DNA from: Balanoglossus misakiensis
Lineage: Eukaryota > Animalia > Hemichordata
DNA: 64,000 nucleotides
NCBI GenBank assembly: GCA_040954595.2
Contig: CM082586.2
Span: 7,161,337-7,225,336, forward strand
Direction: 5' to 3'
Positions 1 to 13,674 of the stretch are shown here, in pieces. Each line of letters begins with the position of its first letter. The stretch's first letter is position 1. The translations under genes were made by a program, and so were the position numbers. The notes below the pieces were generated by a model. It was not told the DNA's origin. It saw only the letters and a list, made by a program, of their open reading frames with translations, and searched no databases.

Positions 1-944
1 TACTCAGTGTTTTCAAGTAGTCGCATTGGGTATAGCTGCCTGGGTCGACCTTTACCTTGCTATTTCAAGAGCGCTGCACACTAGAGAATGAAATGACACT
101 TTGAGCTACAGGTACATGTACCAGATGCTGCCTGTTTGAGAAGATACTTTTTTTAAAACTATATACTACAAAATATGTCAATAAAGACAGTGACTCTTTT
201 CATCACTGCAAATGCTGCAATTTAATTGGCCTATTGCGTGTGTGAGTGTATGGGGGTGGGGTACGTCTAGGATTATTATGAAGTCCCGGACTTAAATGTG
301 TCAATAATAACAATGTTTGGTAAACATAATCGTGAGTGAATGTGACGACAAGAAGAAAATGGGCGTGTTGGAGTTCTAAAAGGAAGAGAACAAGAAAATG
401 TAGTTACCGGTATAAACAAAACGAAAATACTGAAAAATAGCCAAAAGTTACAGATAGTACTGGCCCTTTCACCTCCACTGCATTCAATGATGTGGTTGGA
501 AAACCTGATAAGACAGCACGTCCATTTTCTGGGCTTCCTACAAGTCTCCATGTATATGACAACATGCACTTCTTGACTCTGTGACCCTTGCAGGGAACAG
601 ATGGCACCAGATGCTTTACACGCCTGAGAAGTACCATTATCCACGATTCAAATTCACTAAATTTTATTTTATGGTTCAACTTTCTTATGAAGGCAATCAA
701 GTCGTGTTATTTGACACTTCTTCACAGAAACCATGTCAATCATACATGTATGTCATTGCCAAAAGCAACTTGGAAACTAGAACTCACTACACGAAAAGAT
801 CATCAATTTATCAAATACTTCCTACAAGAAACATTTGAACTGTGGCACGTACTGCTGTATCAGGTAGTGTATTTAAAATGGTCCATTTTGTACAAATTAG
901 CTTGAGTGACTAAGGTTGTCAAGACAGGTATAGGATGACTTTAA

Positions 945-1122
945 AGGTATACGGTCACCTATGGAAAATTAGCTATAAGTTACCATGGCAAATTGAGATC
1001 CAGCCAATCACAGATTTTCAGTGGGTGGCACAAGCGAGCGCCACCATATGTTCTTTAGAACGCTAAAATACGCCATTACAGCCAAATATGGGTGTATGTA
1101 AATTGGAGGTGACTGTATACCT
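945..1122. mobile_element. Non-autonomous DNA transposon (MITE), Kolobok-like, family 1
   Basis: TIRs aggtatacggtcacct / aggtgactgtatacct, flanked by TTAA at 941-944 and 1123-1126. A second copy lies in opposite orientation at 27821-28005. TTAA TSD with AG..CT ends fits Kolobok. Confidence 0.85.
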
Positions 1123-4100
1123 TTAAGGTCAAACAAAGAAAGTCAGTTTAAGCAATATATCACACACTATAGAGAGCTTCTGGAAACTTTCACAAATTTG
1201 ACTAAAGAGGTTTTCAAGGGCTTCATCATAATAATGTCGTCCAACGAGCCAAAGAAAACAGTTTCAGCAAAAACAATCATGCTAATATTCACCCCTTGAC
1301 ATTTGTGATCAGCGATCCAGCCATATCAAGCATTCTAAATTGCATGCTATTTCATAATTATGACCCCAAAGAAAAGAATTTGAATGAAAGCGTTCCTGTG
1401 AAAATAATTTCTTGCAAACAGACTTGTGCAGAGCAAGACTATTGGCGCCTAACTTGCCTACAGGTACTTGCTGTAATCATCGCGGTAATTATTGTGGTTT
1501 CCAAGGAATCAGTGGGAATTCACACGAAAATTACAAGTGCCGATAGTACACACACACCAGCCCTGAATCTACAAAGTGGGAATAGGCTATAGCCGAGCTG
1601 TCATACCATATATATTCTTATAATTGTTGAGTGGGTAATTACTTGGGTGGCCTGTATACTTGAAACTTCTCACACGCCTTCAGTTCAATCACACGCCTAC
1701 TGTGTGTTACAAGTTTGTCCATCTCCATCACACTCGATCAAGAACCACTATTTGGGTTTGCTCAAATAGTACATTCAACAAATGCTTGTTTGCCTAAAAA
1801 GTATTGCAGATGCTCTGATTTGACTCTCACTGTTTATTTTCATGATATGGGAAATTTGCACGAAAAATAAAACTATTATAAGACTATATGTATATTGTAT
1901 TGTACTTAATAAGCTTATTGCTTCAGCCAAGCAGTACTCTACCGGTGCGGTATATATTACCAGTGTAACATATTTCAGTCTAAAAAAGGCATACAATCAC
2001 CTCTTAACCAGTGCATGTACATATACTGTACCGGTACCCATATACCATTACAGTCGAAAAAAAAATGTTTTTACTTTAATAAAAGTCTTTTGATGATCAT
2101 GTGGTCACTTTTTTCCTGTGGCCACCCAAGCGAAAGTCTATCATTGGCCAAATTTCCACTTTCCATGCTAACTGGCATGATTACATATTCAAACTGCAAA
2201 AAAAATGAAGCCAACATCAAAGTGTGTGTGGACTTGCCCGAATTCAATCTTTTTCTTTTTTTCCCTGAAAGCTTATCAAATTTCATTACTGTGGGGCATT
2301 ATCAAGCTATGTATATTCAATTTTGCTGCCTGGTAAACACAATGTAGGAGACCAGCCCCTAGGCTTTCAAAACTAACAAGCTGCAAAAATACTAAAAAGG
2401 AATTTCAGATATAGTATTCAGATATACAAGCTAGGTCAAATCGTAACTTGACAGTGTCAATCACAATTTCTACAAACAAAGTCTACCGGTAAAAACTAAC
2501 ATATGCCTCTATACATGTCGTCATGAAAACATATTGGGCAGATTCTGCCCAATTCGATGAACAAGGCAATCTAACATCTACCAAGAAGAGGTTAGCCAAA
2601 TAGTACCTAGCATTAATACCTAGTCGCCATGACGTCATGTGTTCCATCACGCGGTAAATTGCAGCGTGACACGGGCATCGTTTGTCGAAAAGACCAACCA
2701 CGCATACAGAGGACAAATCTGTTTTCCCCAAGGGTATATATAAAGACATGGCGAGGCAGTCACCACTGTACGTGTTAATATGCAAACTCTTGACTCGCTT
2801 CTCTGAAGGTAAATTACACCCCATTATACACGTTTCAGTGGAAAGAAAAAAAGAACCGGCCAAATTATTCACTGCACAAACAGTTTACAAACCAGTGGAC
2901 TGTGCTACCTGAGAGACTCCAGAAGTTGTTATCCATGAATAATATTTTCAAACACGTACTCCGAGACGTATAATAACAGACTGAATGAATCGAACCTTGT
3001 TATTGAAAAACTCAAAACCCCATACATGACCATGGATGCAGGAATAAGTGGCTGTGTATGTGTGTCAGAATGAACTTAAATAGAGACATGCAACATTCAC
3101 CATGCACTGATAAATTAGGCTCGTTTGTAGCTGAAGTTATGGTATGTCAATTCAGCAAAATTTAGTACAAAATGCAAGTCTATACATGTACTATGTAGTG
3201 TAGAATAAAGATTAAAACCATATGCTTTTTTGAAAATTGACACCACTCATGAGAAATTGCCATAAAACCATGAGGCTCCTAAAATTCCAAAAAAAGGCTG
3301 AGAGATTAACAGCTGCTCTTTGAAACCACAGTCAAAGAAAAGTTTGCTCAGCTGACTTGTCAATTTCTGTTTCAAATTTCAATTTGTCACAAATTTGATG
3401 ATCATGGAATAGGGAGTATTATAACACCAGCATTTGACTGCAGGTTTGTTGAGATCATGTAACAGAGATATTATAATATGGCAGGCTTGCCAAGAAATAA
3501 AGCACCTATAAATCGGTGCTGGCACAGTTCATGCAAAGGACACACCAGGCCATTCATCTACAGGTGTGCCTTGATTTCTTTAGAACACGTAGTTGACTGA
3601 AAAAATAATTTTTGTGCCATGCATGTACAACGCAAGTATCATCTGAAAAGTTCACAGGGAGAGTTCAGTGCAGTGAACGTTATCAAACCAGCTGGATTCA
3701 GAACTTGACAACCAGTATGTTCTTGTAAGAGTTCCATGCACATCGATGATAGCACAAGCTTGAGAGATTTTGGTAAAATTAAAGTGTAACATGAATTAAA
3801 TCCTGCTGTGAAATCAACAATATTTTTTCAGCCAAGCCCCTTGATGCTAAGTATATTATTCCGCACACGTACATTGTACACTGCATCCAAGAGTCGGGCT
3901 TGTTTCCCCTCAATCAAGACGTTACTTCTGCATTACTGCACCCAACCACTCGAAAAGTGCACCACATTCCCAGGTATACACTTTCTATTTTGAACAACTC
4001 CCAGCTATTAATAGAATGCATTTTCTTTTCGAATTACCTGACAGCATGTCTGGGAAACTGAGAGCCATTTTCTCCCAGCAGTTTCCCTGTATGGCTAATA

Positions 4101-5189
4101 CATCACCTAGCATAACTGTTACGGCTGCCGCTGTACACGATAAATATCAAATCCTTCAAGCCAAATGTTTTCCCATAAAATACAGATTGATGATGACAGG
4201 TTGAATTATTTGTTTGAAACCAGTTTCTGACATTACACTGCATCCTGCATTATAAAATATAGTGCATTAGATTATAATCCAGGCATTTTTTTTCACAAAA
4301 TTGACATTAAAATTGCCAATAATTATGCATGTACTTAAATATTACCTTGAAATCATGCATTGTCAATGGATATCATACAAATTCACACCTATTCAAATAT
4401 TTTCCATTTTGTTATATAGAAATTTTTCCACGGGTACAGGGTTTAATTTTCACTCTGAAAAATCAATTTTCTAATTTCACACGCTTGGTTATCATATCAA
4501 ATAAATAAAATAGTTTTTCAGTGTTAGAATTTCAAAGCAACTAATAGTCCCTCATACATGTAACATGCATGTTAATGTGTACTTGACAATATAATACGTA
4601 TGTGTTCAACTTACAGTTGCATATTTCATATGATGATATAAGCAGATGGCCTTCACTGGTTGGCATCATTGATGTGGAAATTAAACCAGAAGCATATAAA
4701 ATTATACCTACTGCTTATTTCCTCCATGATTCTCTCAAGTACCTTTCAACATTTCACTGTGTATTAAGTGTGTCATAATTTTCTACTTTTTCTACAGATT
4801 TATCACACACCGAAAAATGGAGCTTCATAGCACAACGCTTTTCATATTTATCATTTGTGCATCCAATTTGATGAGGGTCTTATCTTGAGGGTGCATATTA
4901 GAGTTTTGTATGTATACCTACAGGGAATTAACTGGCAAGGGAAAAAGATGTTAAACCTCTTCCTAGACATCTACCGTACCGTACATACATGTACTAGATT
5001 CTAGACTAGCAGATGTTTTGTTTTACTGCCTTGAGGGCTTTTATCTGTATCACTGGCCTTCTCGACTCACGTGCAAAATCTCAAGGATTGGCTTCTAATG
5101 ACTTGTGAAAAGCTGCTTTTATAGACTGCAAATTGCATTTGTCGTATTTTAGACAACTGCAAAGCCATTGTTTTCACTTTGAAATGACA

Positions 5190-5447
5190 ATGAATGAATG
5201 AACAAATGAATGAATGAATGACCAATGAGTTGGATGGAAAGACAGATGAATGAATGAATGAATGAATGAATGAATGAATGAATGAATGAATGAATGAATG
5301 AATGAATGAATGAATGAATGACCATAGAGTTGGATGGAAAGACAGATGAATGAATGAATGAATGAATGAATGAATGAATGAATGAATGAATGAATGAATG
5401 AATGAATGAATGAATGAATGAATGAATGAATGAATGAATGAATGAAT
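5190..5447. repeat. (GAAT)n microsatellite interrupted by two copies of a ~27-bp unit
   Basis: Direct reading. The unit gacca(a)t(a)gagttggatggaaagacagat occurs at ~5220 and ~5320. Confidence 0.97.
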
Positions 5448-6522
5448 CCAACATTACAGATGGTGCGTGCATTAGAGGTACTGAAAGGAGATTATGCACA
5501 GATGCATGTTGTAATAAAAAATATGACGGAGTCACGGAAAGTACATAAGTACAGATAAATCAATGCATTATTTGATATCAACAAACAATTTCTATAAGAT
5601 ATAACTGTAACAAGGAACAACTAGTTTTTCATTTCAGAGTTGCCAGGGCAGATCTCTATGTGAAGTGCATGGAATCTCTCCACTCTGTTGATTTACACGT
5701 CTGAATTGTTGAAAGTAATTACATTTCTATCAGGATCCTGGTTGCCACACAGTTGTTTTTTGTGTACGTTTTGTATGGATTAGTACAGTACACATTGAAA
5801 GGGATATAAATCATTTGAAGAAAAGATCCCTAGGTTTTAGAAGCTTGGCAAATGTAGTAAAGTAGAATTGTAGAGATCAGAGGGAAATTCATAATATATA
5901 TATTTATGAATATTTTACATCTTAATTCAAGTAATTTTTTATTTGTTACAAATTACGTTCGGAACTTGGTCAGCATATATATCAACGTCTAACTTTCATG
6001 CATTAAATCCATTGTTGAACCTTAGAATCTCTCTGTAAGGTTTTCATGTCTCTTTCTTGAATCAAAGTAATTTTATAGTTAGAGAGAAAAAAACTGAAAG
6101 CGGTCACCAAGATCTAGATTCTTTTCATTTTCAAAACAATGACATCACGTCTGCAGCGTCCACCCGGATACACTCCGTCATTTTATGTGGTCGCATTCTT
6201 TTTTCAAATATCCTTCAGTCAAGTCAGCCTTCTGGTACACATTATTTTTCATCTGGCAAGGCTAAAACTCTTCGTCGATCTGAGCGAGAGTACACCACTA
6301 AATTAATCTAGCCATATTGAATGTGATACTGTTGCTCAACGATTCCACTCATGTATTTCACAAACAAAACACACAACGTCTATTCAAGATATACATGGTA
6401 CATCATTGTTTACACACTACAGCGCAACCGGTCTCACAAAACATATCAAAACACAAGTAAATATATCAACATGACAAATACACAGCGAAACGTTCAGATG
6501 AAACTTTCAGATACACACTTAC

Positions 6523-6630
6523 CTGTTCGCGATTTTCGTAAACTTCTCTTTACATCTTCAGGTGGAGATTTACAAATCTGAGCAGCGAGTCCGTTAGATC
6601 TCTCGTCGTATCTGTTCCGATCGGAAGAAA
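6523..6630 (-). other. Probable first (5' UTR) exon of an unidentified minus-strand gene that continues left of the window
   Basis: Strong donor CAG|GTAAGT at 6523/6522 in a locally CpG-rich stretch. No convincing coding exon was found in 1-6522, consistent with a long first intron. The 5' end is approximate. Confidence 0.55.
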
Positions 6631-7573
6631 AAAAATTCAGATCACGTTACAATGGGCGAGGGGATAATAGTCCAGTCTGACATGAAATGCGATAGGACTG
6701 TTCTATTCACAGGTAGCTATTCAACCACGGGCGACCAAAATAAACTGCGCAGAACAGTCTGGCTGGTTTTGGACTATTCCATTACACTACAGACAGGGAG
6801 TATATCACTGTGTCCGATAGCCCTTGCAAAACACAAGCATTTCTATTTACAGATCATTTGATTATCACACTGACTATTTGGACACAAACTGAAATTTTTA
6901 TCAGCTCAATTATGTCAGCAAACATTCAGTTACCCAGCTTGTCTTATTATTATTAGTCATATCAGAGACTGTCTATGGTCATATGTTAGTCACAGATTTT
7001 GTACGATAAGGCACTAAATATCAATATGCCTCGTTCGTAACTATACATCTTTATTTGATTGAAATGGTGAGCAGACACACCTGTGGCTGTTAACTTTGTT
7101 GCCTGTTGTCCCGTAATGATTGTAAATGAGCGAAGCATACTGCACTGTACACATTACAGACAGAATAAATAAGTAATTGGAGAAAATCTCATTAAATCAC
7201 CATTAATGTGCCATGATTCACTGTGTTTATTCCAATTTGATATTTTGACACCCAGCGGGATACTCTTGTCTTATTTTCAGCGGGATAATTTGCAGTTTAT
7301 TGCATTTTCAGTGAATTTATTCACACCCAACAGGATGGATATCTGAGAAAAAAATTTAATCAAAAACAATTTAAACCAAAAGGGGTGTGTCCCAAATGAC
7401 ATCATATAACGTGTATAGGTGTTGAAATTTTACTCTTTTTATCAGATTCAATTCAAACACTAAGGTTTATTATGGACTTAATGTCTGACCTCACTGCATT
7501 GGCTTAACTTCATTATGGCACTGTGCCATGTGTACTGTCGCCTAGAAAAAAGCACCTTGTTTCACCTGAAAAA

Positions 7574-7737
7574 CTGTAAATTTTCGCACGATAATTTTCC
7601 CAAACTACACGAGAGCCTAAAAAACGCAAAAATAAAACGTCGCGTGAATGTTTTTCGGAGATAACGATGGAGTGAAATATAAGAACGCGAAAATTAATCA
7701 TCGCGTAACAGTAGCGAAAATTTCCTGTCGCAAAGTA
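7574..7737. mobile_element. Degenerate copy of the TA-flanked CTGTAAAAC MITE family
   Basis: Shares gagagcc..aaataaaa.gtcgcgt..ataacgatg..gtgaa..aagaacgcgaaaatt blocks with 21911-22087. Confidence 0.65.
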
Positions 7738-8112
7738 TAGGCACGAATGAACAACAGTGTGATTTAACGTTTTCCTGTCACGATCAGACAACTGTGACGT
7801 TTGTTGCATATAATTGACATGCAGATCTGTATTGTACATTTTTGTATGCCATGGGATAATTACTTGTTGTCATAAAAACTCAGACAGGAGCAAAAGATTG
7901 GGCATAACAGTTTTCCTTGGAGGTATTGCCATGCGTGCTACAGGCAAGTGACCTAATTCTGACGTGAAATTACGTGAGCTGAATGAAACTGTCTGACTTA
8001 GTACGGTGATAGGTAGGGACTGAACATTTTATTTGAGGGGAGTCAGGGTGTAGCTTGGCTTACCAGTAGACAAAATCTTTCAACTTGGGGGTATGTGGCA
8101 TAAATACCTACA

Positions 8113-8312
8113 GGGAGCCTTCAGTAATTACGACGGGTGGGGGTGGGGTAGGGGAATGGAGGGGGTGGGATTTTAAATACTTAACAAACCCAGCCCTAGT
8201 GGGAGGGTCACATTTCAGAAAGGGGTTAAAGGGGGAGGGTCACACTTCACATATATGATGGACCGTCCCCCATTTCCTCTGCCCCCCCCCCTGGTAATTA
8301 CTGGAGTCTCCC
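8113..8312. mobile_element. MITE with GGG..CCC termini (PIF/Harbinger-like)
   Basis: Imperfect TIR gggagccttcagtaattac / gtaattactggagtctccc with G-rich and C-rich subterminal tracts. The TSD is not cleanly preserved. Confidence 0.6.
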
Positions 8313-8643
8313 TAACTTTAAGTACCTACCTAGAGTTTGATGTTATGATGACCTGTGGGGCCATGGGGTCCAAGTGCCACAGAGAATTGATAATCCGCAT
8401 GAAAAGACCATTCACTTTTCAATACACCGGCAACCACTGCTCTTAACTTTAATTCCCATCTCCAGCTGTATTTCAAAAAACTAGTACAGAGTCATTAACA
8501 CCAACAGTGCAAAACATCAGCCTCTGCAAATGATAAAAATCAGCATGCACTTAAAATTTTAAACATCCTAACAGACATCTCTTGATGTCTGTCTGTGTCT
8601 CTGTGTGTTTGGTGGCTTTTTTTGTTCACTTATAGAGACTTAA

Positions 8644-9246
8644 AGCCCCAGTATTTCTCGTGTGCATCCATTTTTCATCATCGAAAAAAGCCCGTTTTTC
8701 CAGTACATCCATCATGGAATACTATATAATGAAGATGTAAGAAAGGTTTGGGCAATTGTAGCTACATGCAAGCCGAAAATATTGCCCGTAACACTTGAAA
8801 TGATGCGCGGGTTTGTTTACAACAGAAATGTTGTACATGTCGATCAGCAAACGTGCCACTTTGACATTTTGATGGTCAGACCATTTTCGGATTTGATCTG
8901 GTTCCATCGACTGATTTCTCCCATAAAGTTATCTTCCCAAAATTTCGCCGAATTAGTGCGCATTTCTTCGCTGAGTCGCTTGATTTGGGGCGACCAAACC
9001 TCTTCCGCATAGATTCACATTTGAGTGCGCATGCGCACTAGTCACGTGTGTCAACATTAGTCTGACTCACGTGACTTTCTGTCCGGACAGAAAGTCATTC
9101 TTCACTCGTTATATTGTAAATTGTATGAGTTTATCAGCAGAGCTGGGGATGATGACTGTTCGATTCAGTATCAATTATCATCTACTTTTAGAAATTATAG
9201 ATGCCGTTTCAAACAAAATTTTGCCCCTACGAGAAATACTGTGGCT
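8644..9246. mobile_element. 603-bp non-autonomous TTAA-target DNA transposon (Kolobok-like)
   Basis: 18-bp TIR agccccagtatttctcgt / acgagaaatactgtggct (1 mismatch), TTAA at 8640-8643 and 9247-9250, CpG-rich interior. Confidence 0.85.
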
Positions 9247-10742
9247 TTAAGGAAAGTAGTCTGGAAATGTGGCCGTCAGGTTAAACTATAGAGATATAAT
9301 GTCTCCTGTCTCAGCACACACTTCTAGATATTTTCATAATGATCTTGTTTAACCCAAATAAGCATTCTTTCACAAAGATAAAATCTGCAAAATCGAGGTT
9401 AAATACTGATACAAAAATGTGAACTATATTCTTTCCTGGAAAGCCTTAAATTAACAGACACACGCCCTCTACAGTGGAAATAAGGGCAGTTTATTTGACC
9501 AAATAACAAACTTTCAATAGAGACTTTTTGGGTGTTAAATTTGGATTTAAATGCATTTCTAAACTGTGTAGGCAAAGGACGAATTAAATTACCATAAAAC
9601 TAACTTAAACTTATGTTATTACTTACTTTATTCCGGACAGTACTTCTCACTAATTTTTGACTCCTCCCATCTGTAAAATCTACACAAGACAGTCCTAGGT
9701 AGGGCAACATCTTCTAATTCTTTCACACCTGCATGCTTTTTTATATCACCAACATTCCGTGCTATTGAAATATTAGAATATTTCTATAAAATATTAAGAA
9801 CACATCATGGAAATTATATATCATAATCATCATACTTATAATATGTAACATTTTTAAAACTAGCCAATGTCACAGATATCAGCACAGCCATGACAACCAT
9901 GTCTCTTTTATGTTGACCGAACTTGACGGACAAGATCCAGACCTGACCAAAAATTCCATCTCTCCGCGATGACATTATAGAAATACCAGACCCCTTGTTG
10001 GTCATGATATCTGACCAAAGATAACTTCTTCGTCAATTTAGGCGGAGAATTACCGCGGATAACGCCAAATTCACAGTTCCGAAAAGTTGTTTGGGGTCAC
10101 GGCGGGACAGTCTATTCTTATGCAAATTGCCACTCATCATGTCTGTCACCTTCTGAGAGATACCATTTGCGGTTGAGGGTGAGTGGCGCGGTCAAGGAAT
10201 TTTGTCAGGACAATTTCAAGGAAACTGATGAACAACTCTCATACATCTCTTCCCAACACAAACTTCATATTATTTATTAAGGACTTAAATGATTGAAGTA
10301 CATCTACGGGTCATTACGAAAGCGGAGTACTGTATGTAAGACTCGCACAACATTTTACCAAAACGCACCCTTTTGGAAAGTGGGACGATCCACTGAAACA
10401 TGACACTAAGTGACCTTTCAAGATGTCAGCGCCCTGATCGTACAGCTGAGACGTGACAGGCATGACAGGACGGGGTAGGTGCATTGAAACGTAATAAATC
10501 GGAAGTTTCCAATTTTATCAACGATTTTTATCTTCGCCAAAGTCTGAAAGTACCGGACAAACAGTACGGTGTCCAGTTACCCAAATATTGCCCGGTGTTT
10601 ATGTGTGCACGGTCCGTACCGTAGGCACAGCCCCCCCCCCTCCTCCATGTGTATGTAACTACCACCAAAGCATACACAACAACACAGTCCCTCCATAAAC
10701 GTTTCATACAGTCTTGCTTGATATATTTACAGGGCAGCCAAA

Positions 10743-11963
10743 ATGATGAAGACGCTCATAAAACAGTTGCGATGTCACTATCAAAGGTGCCTGCCTGCGG
10801 TCACAAATCTGTCAGGGCCATCAACAGTACCTTGCATGAGAACGTTACATCAACTGTCAGTGTTTTCAAGGCACTGGGAATCAACTCCAACAAACGTGCT
10901 TCATCCTAACATCCAATCTGTGACACTGACAGAAAATCAGCATAAATGTTTATTTTCTTGTTTCTGCATGAACCTGATGAGTAAACAGTTAATTCTCAAC
11001 CACGGCGACTGTGAGTTTTTAGAATCCGTTGGAGTCAACTTACAAAAACTATCCTCAAAAGTGATCAGTAAGGACAACTCGACGACTAGCGTACGGAGTC
11101 TTGTCAGATTCTTGGAAGAGAGCCAACTAACAAACAAGCAGATCGTGGCTGTTATAGAAAAATATCCACGCATTGCTCTAGTGGATCCCCTGGAACTCGA
11201 AAATCGGTTCAATGTGCTCCACGACCTGGGAATACAGAGGGACGACGTGCACAGACTCTTCCTGAGGGCACCTTCGGTCTTCTCCCGGGTGAAAACAAGT
11301 TCCCATTTCGAAGACTTCGTCGTGTTTCTCCGGGGTATGGGACTTCAAAACCAGCACATTGTCCGAGTCGTTACCCGGTCTCCGTTGCTTCTTAACCGGG
11401 TGAAGAACATTCGCGGCGTGGTCGACTACTTGCGGGACGTCTTCCAAGAACACGGGTGTGAAGAGGAGTTTCCCAGAAGAATCAGGCACTTGCTGGTTCA
11501 GGATCCGTTGCTGTTTGTTCAGTCGGTGCCAGTCATAAAGGAGAAGATCAACTTCCTCTCCGACTTGAAGATAAGCGGGAGGAATATTATCCGCGTGATG
11601 TACAACTGTCCGAACGCTCTGCGCTCCAGTAACGACCACAAGCTGACCACGATCAACTACATCAAAGACAGACTCCACCTCACCCAAGACGAGCTGATCG
11701 ACTTGATCGTCTTCTACCCGCAACTGTTGTACTTCTCCGTCGAAAAGCTGCACATGAACATCGACTTTCTGTACAGTGAAGGTTTCACTGCCAGACACAT
11801 TGTCAGCAAACCCGCTGTCCTGACTCGCAGCCTGTCGCTGCTGAAACAGAGGTGCGAAGAACTGAAGGCGGTCAACTTTGAGTTCTCCAGCTTCAATGTC
11901 TTTCTGGTCAATCCTCAAAAATACCAGGAGAGATTGGACAAACTGAGAGGCAAAAGTCAGTAG
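10743..11963 (+). CDS. mTERF-family mitochondrial transcription termination factor-like protein (406 aa, single coding exon)
   Basis: Long ORF with repeated mTERF motifs (IEKYPRIA..LENRFNVLHDLGI, VVTRSPLLL, IKEKINFLSDLKI..VMYNCPNAL, LIVFYPQLL..NIDFLYSEGF, IVSKPAVL). The N-terminus is basic and acid-poor, like a mitochondrial presequence. There is a probable 5' UTR intron at 10475-10732. The paralogue cannot be assigned. Confidence 0.88.
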   Translation: MMKTLIKQLRCHYQRCLPAVTNLSGPSTVPCMRTLHQLSVFSRHWESTPTNVLHPNIQSVTLTENQHKCLFSCFCMNLMSKQLILNHGDCEFLESVGVNLQKLSSKVISKDNSTTSVRSLVRFLEESQLTNKQIVAVIEKYPRIALVDPLELENRFNVLHDLGIQRDDVHRLFLRAPSVFSRVKTSSHFEDFVVFLRGMGLQNQHIVRVVTRSPLLLNRVKNIRGVVDYLRDVFQEHGCEEEFPRRIRHLLVQDPLLFVQSVPVIKEKINFLSDLKISGRNIIRVMYNCPNALRSSNDHKLTTINYIKDRLHLTQDELIDLIVFYPQLLYFSVEKLHMNIDFLYSEGFTARHIVSKPAVLTRSLSLLKQRCEELKAVNFEFSSFNVFLVNPQKYQERLDKLRGKSQ

Positions 11964-12187
11964 TGGGAAGAGGGCTTGGGAATATGACTAGGCAAAATAT
12001 TTCAATCACATACCGTAATAGACAGTTGCCCATAGGACAACTTTTATTATGTTTGTATGTTAATGATCTTGTAACCATATGTAATTGAACAATATAAGAT
12101 TATTCACACAAAAACAGATATTATGTGGGCTCCAGTGTGTTTTGTTTTGCATAATTGTGAAACAGATAGATTAGTAGTGCTCTGCAG

Positions 12188-12243
12188 TTTCCATTTCCAA
12201 ATAAAAACAAAGTAATTTCCATTTCCAAATAAAAACAAAGTAA
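12188..12243 (+). repeat. 28-bp tandem duplication containing AATAAA; candidate mTERF poly(A) signals
   Basis: tttccatttccaaataaaaacaaagtaa x2, about 230 nt after the mTERF stop. Confidence 0.7.
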
Positions 12244-13674
12244 ATGTAAGTGCAAGCTCTGGGTGGCGCTACTCGCCCAATGCCTGCTGTGCTTGTGAGG
12301 AAATGAATATATTAGAGACCACATCACAACTTTCACACGAGCATAACATGTAGATCAGACACACTTTCTAGAAGGTATGTTACCATACAAACTCTTACAC
12401 AAGTAATTCACAGCACTAGCACAGTCACTCAGATGTTGTCAAACAAAGACTTCCTTTCAAAAGATGTATGAAGCATGGCAAACAACCAAGAAATTATTTC
12501 CTGACATGACAAACTTCTTTTGTTTTTAGTCAGTTTTATTTGTATATAATTGACAAAGCCACGGACAAAAGGAAACATACACAACTCTCCCAGTGCATTT
12601 CAACAGCAGACATCAAATGAAGATTCCCTTGTTTGAAAGTCCACCATATACTATGGATCTATCCACAATCATCTAAATGGCACAATTCATGCAGAACCAA
12701 TGACTTTGTGCATTTCTTTTCTTTTTTAAACCACTTTTCTTGCGAGTCTAATTCCCTTTCATTGACTTTGAAATTTCCTTTGTATGAACGTAAAATCATT
12801 CAAAAGTTTAAAGAGATATGAGATTCTACCCTCAAGTAGGTCTAAATCAACCGTCTCCACCATCTTATGTAAATGTTGAAATTATACAAACTCACCCTTG
12901 TCTATGTTTTGTAACTTATCTAAAATTCACGATATAATAATTGAATTTATACATGTTATTAGCTGGTACACTGTGAATGCATGTACAGTTTGCCAATACA
13001 TGTACAACACACCACAAAAGTGACTACAATTGAATGTATGCATAAAAAAGTTGAAAACACTGAAAAGCCAGGAACTGTAACGCTCATGCAAATTCTACAG
13101 AGACAGGACAGAATATTACCCCTGGTATATATACAGTGTTTATGGAACAAACAACTAAGAGGGTCTGAAGCTTAGCATGTGACTAACACAGTATAGATAT
13201 TACATGCAGAATACTGTACATGTACATTTATGTTTACTTTCAACTGAACAATGCAGTCTTCAATTTTGAATTTTTTTTGCCAAGGAGTGGGAAATTTCTG
13301 TTCTATACCATAGTCATCACTCAACAAGGAAATAATTATATATTTACATTAGACATAGCTGTAAACTCAGTGTTATTTTTTCTCTCTCTTACTAACACAT
13401 TAAATGCCTTGTGTGTACGGTATACAAAATTGCACATCAGCAGTTAAATGACTACTCAAGCACTGACTGATCAGAACTCTCTGACCATTAGCTTTTGTTG
13501 TGAAAATGCATTTTCTTAGCATGGCTTTAACAAGGAGAAAGCCGTCATGACAATAATCCTATGATAATTATCCACACCATGTTCTATATGTGGGGTGGTT
13601 TAGTATATAGGTATACATCAAGTAATCTTATACTCAGTGAAGTTACATTCTGTGCAATAATAGGATTTATAATA

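Noticed and set aside
2625-2640. CGCCATGACGTCAT (YY1/CRE) as an alternative promoter
   Set aside because: Isolated motif with no exon or donor that I could link to it.
5149-5535. 128-aa ORF with FIHS repeats
   Set aside because: Translation of the (GAAT)n microsatellite.
11178-11918. 246-aa antisense ORF
   Set aside because: Shadow of the codon-biased mTERF CDS, with no recognisable motif.
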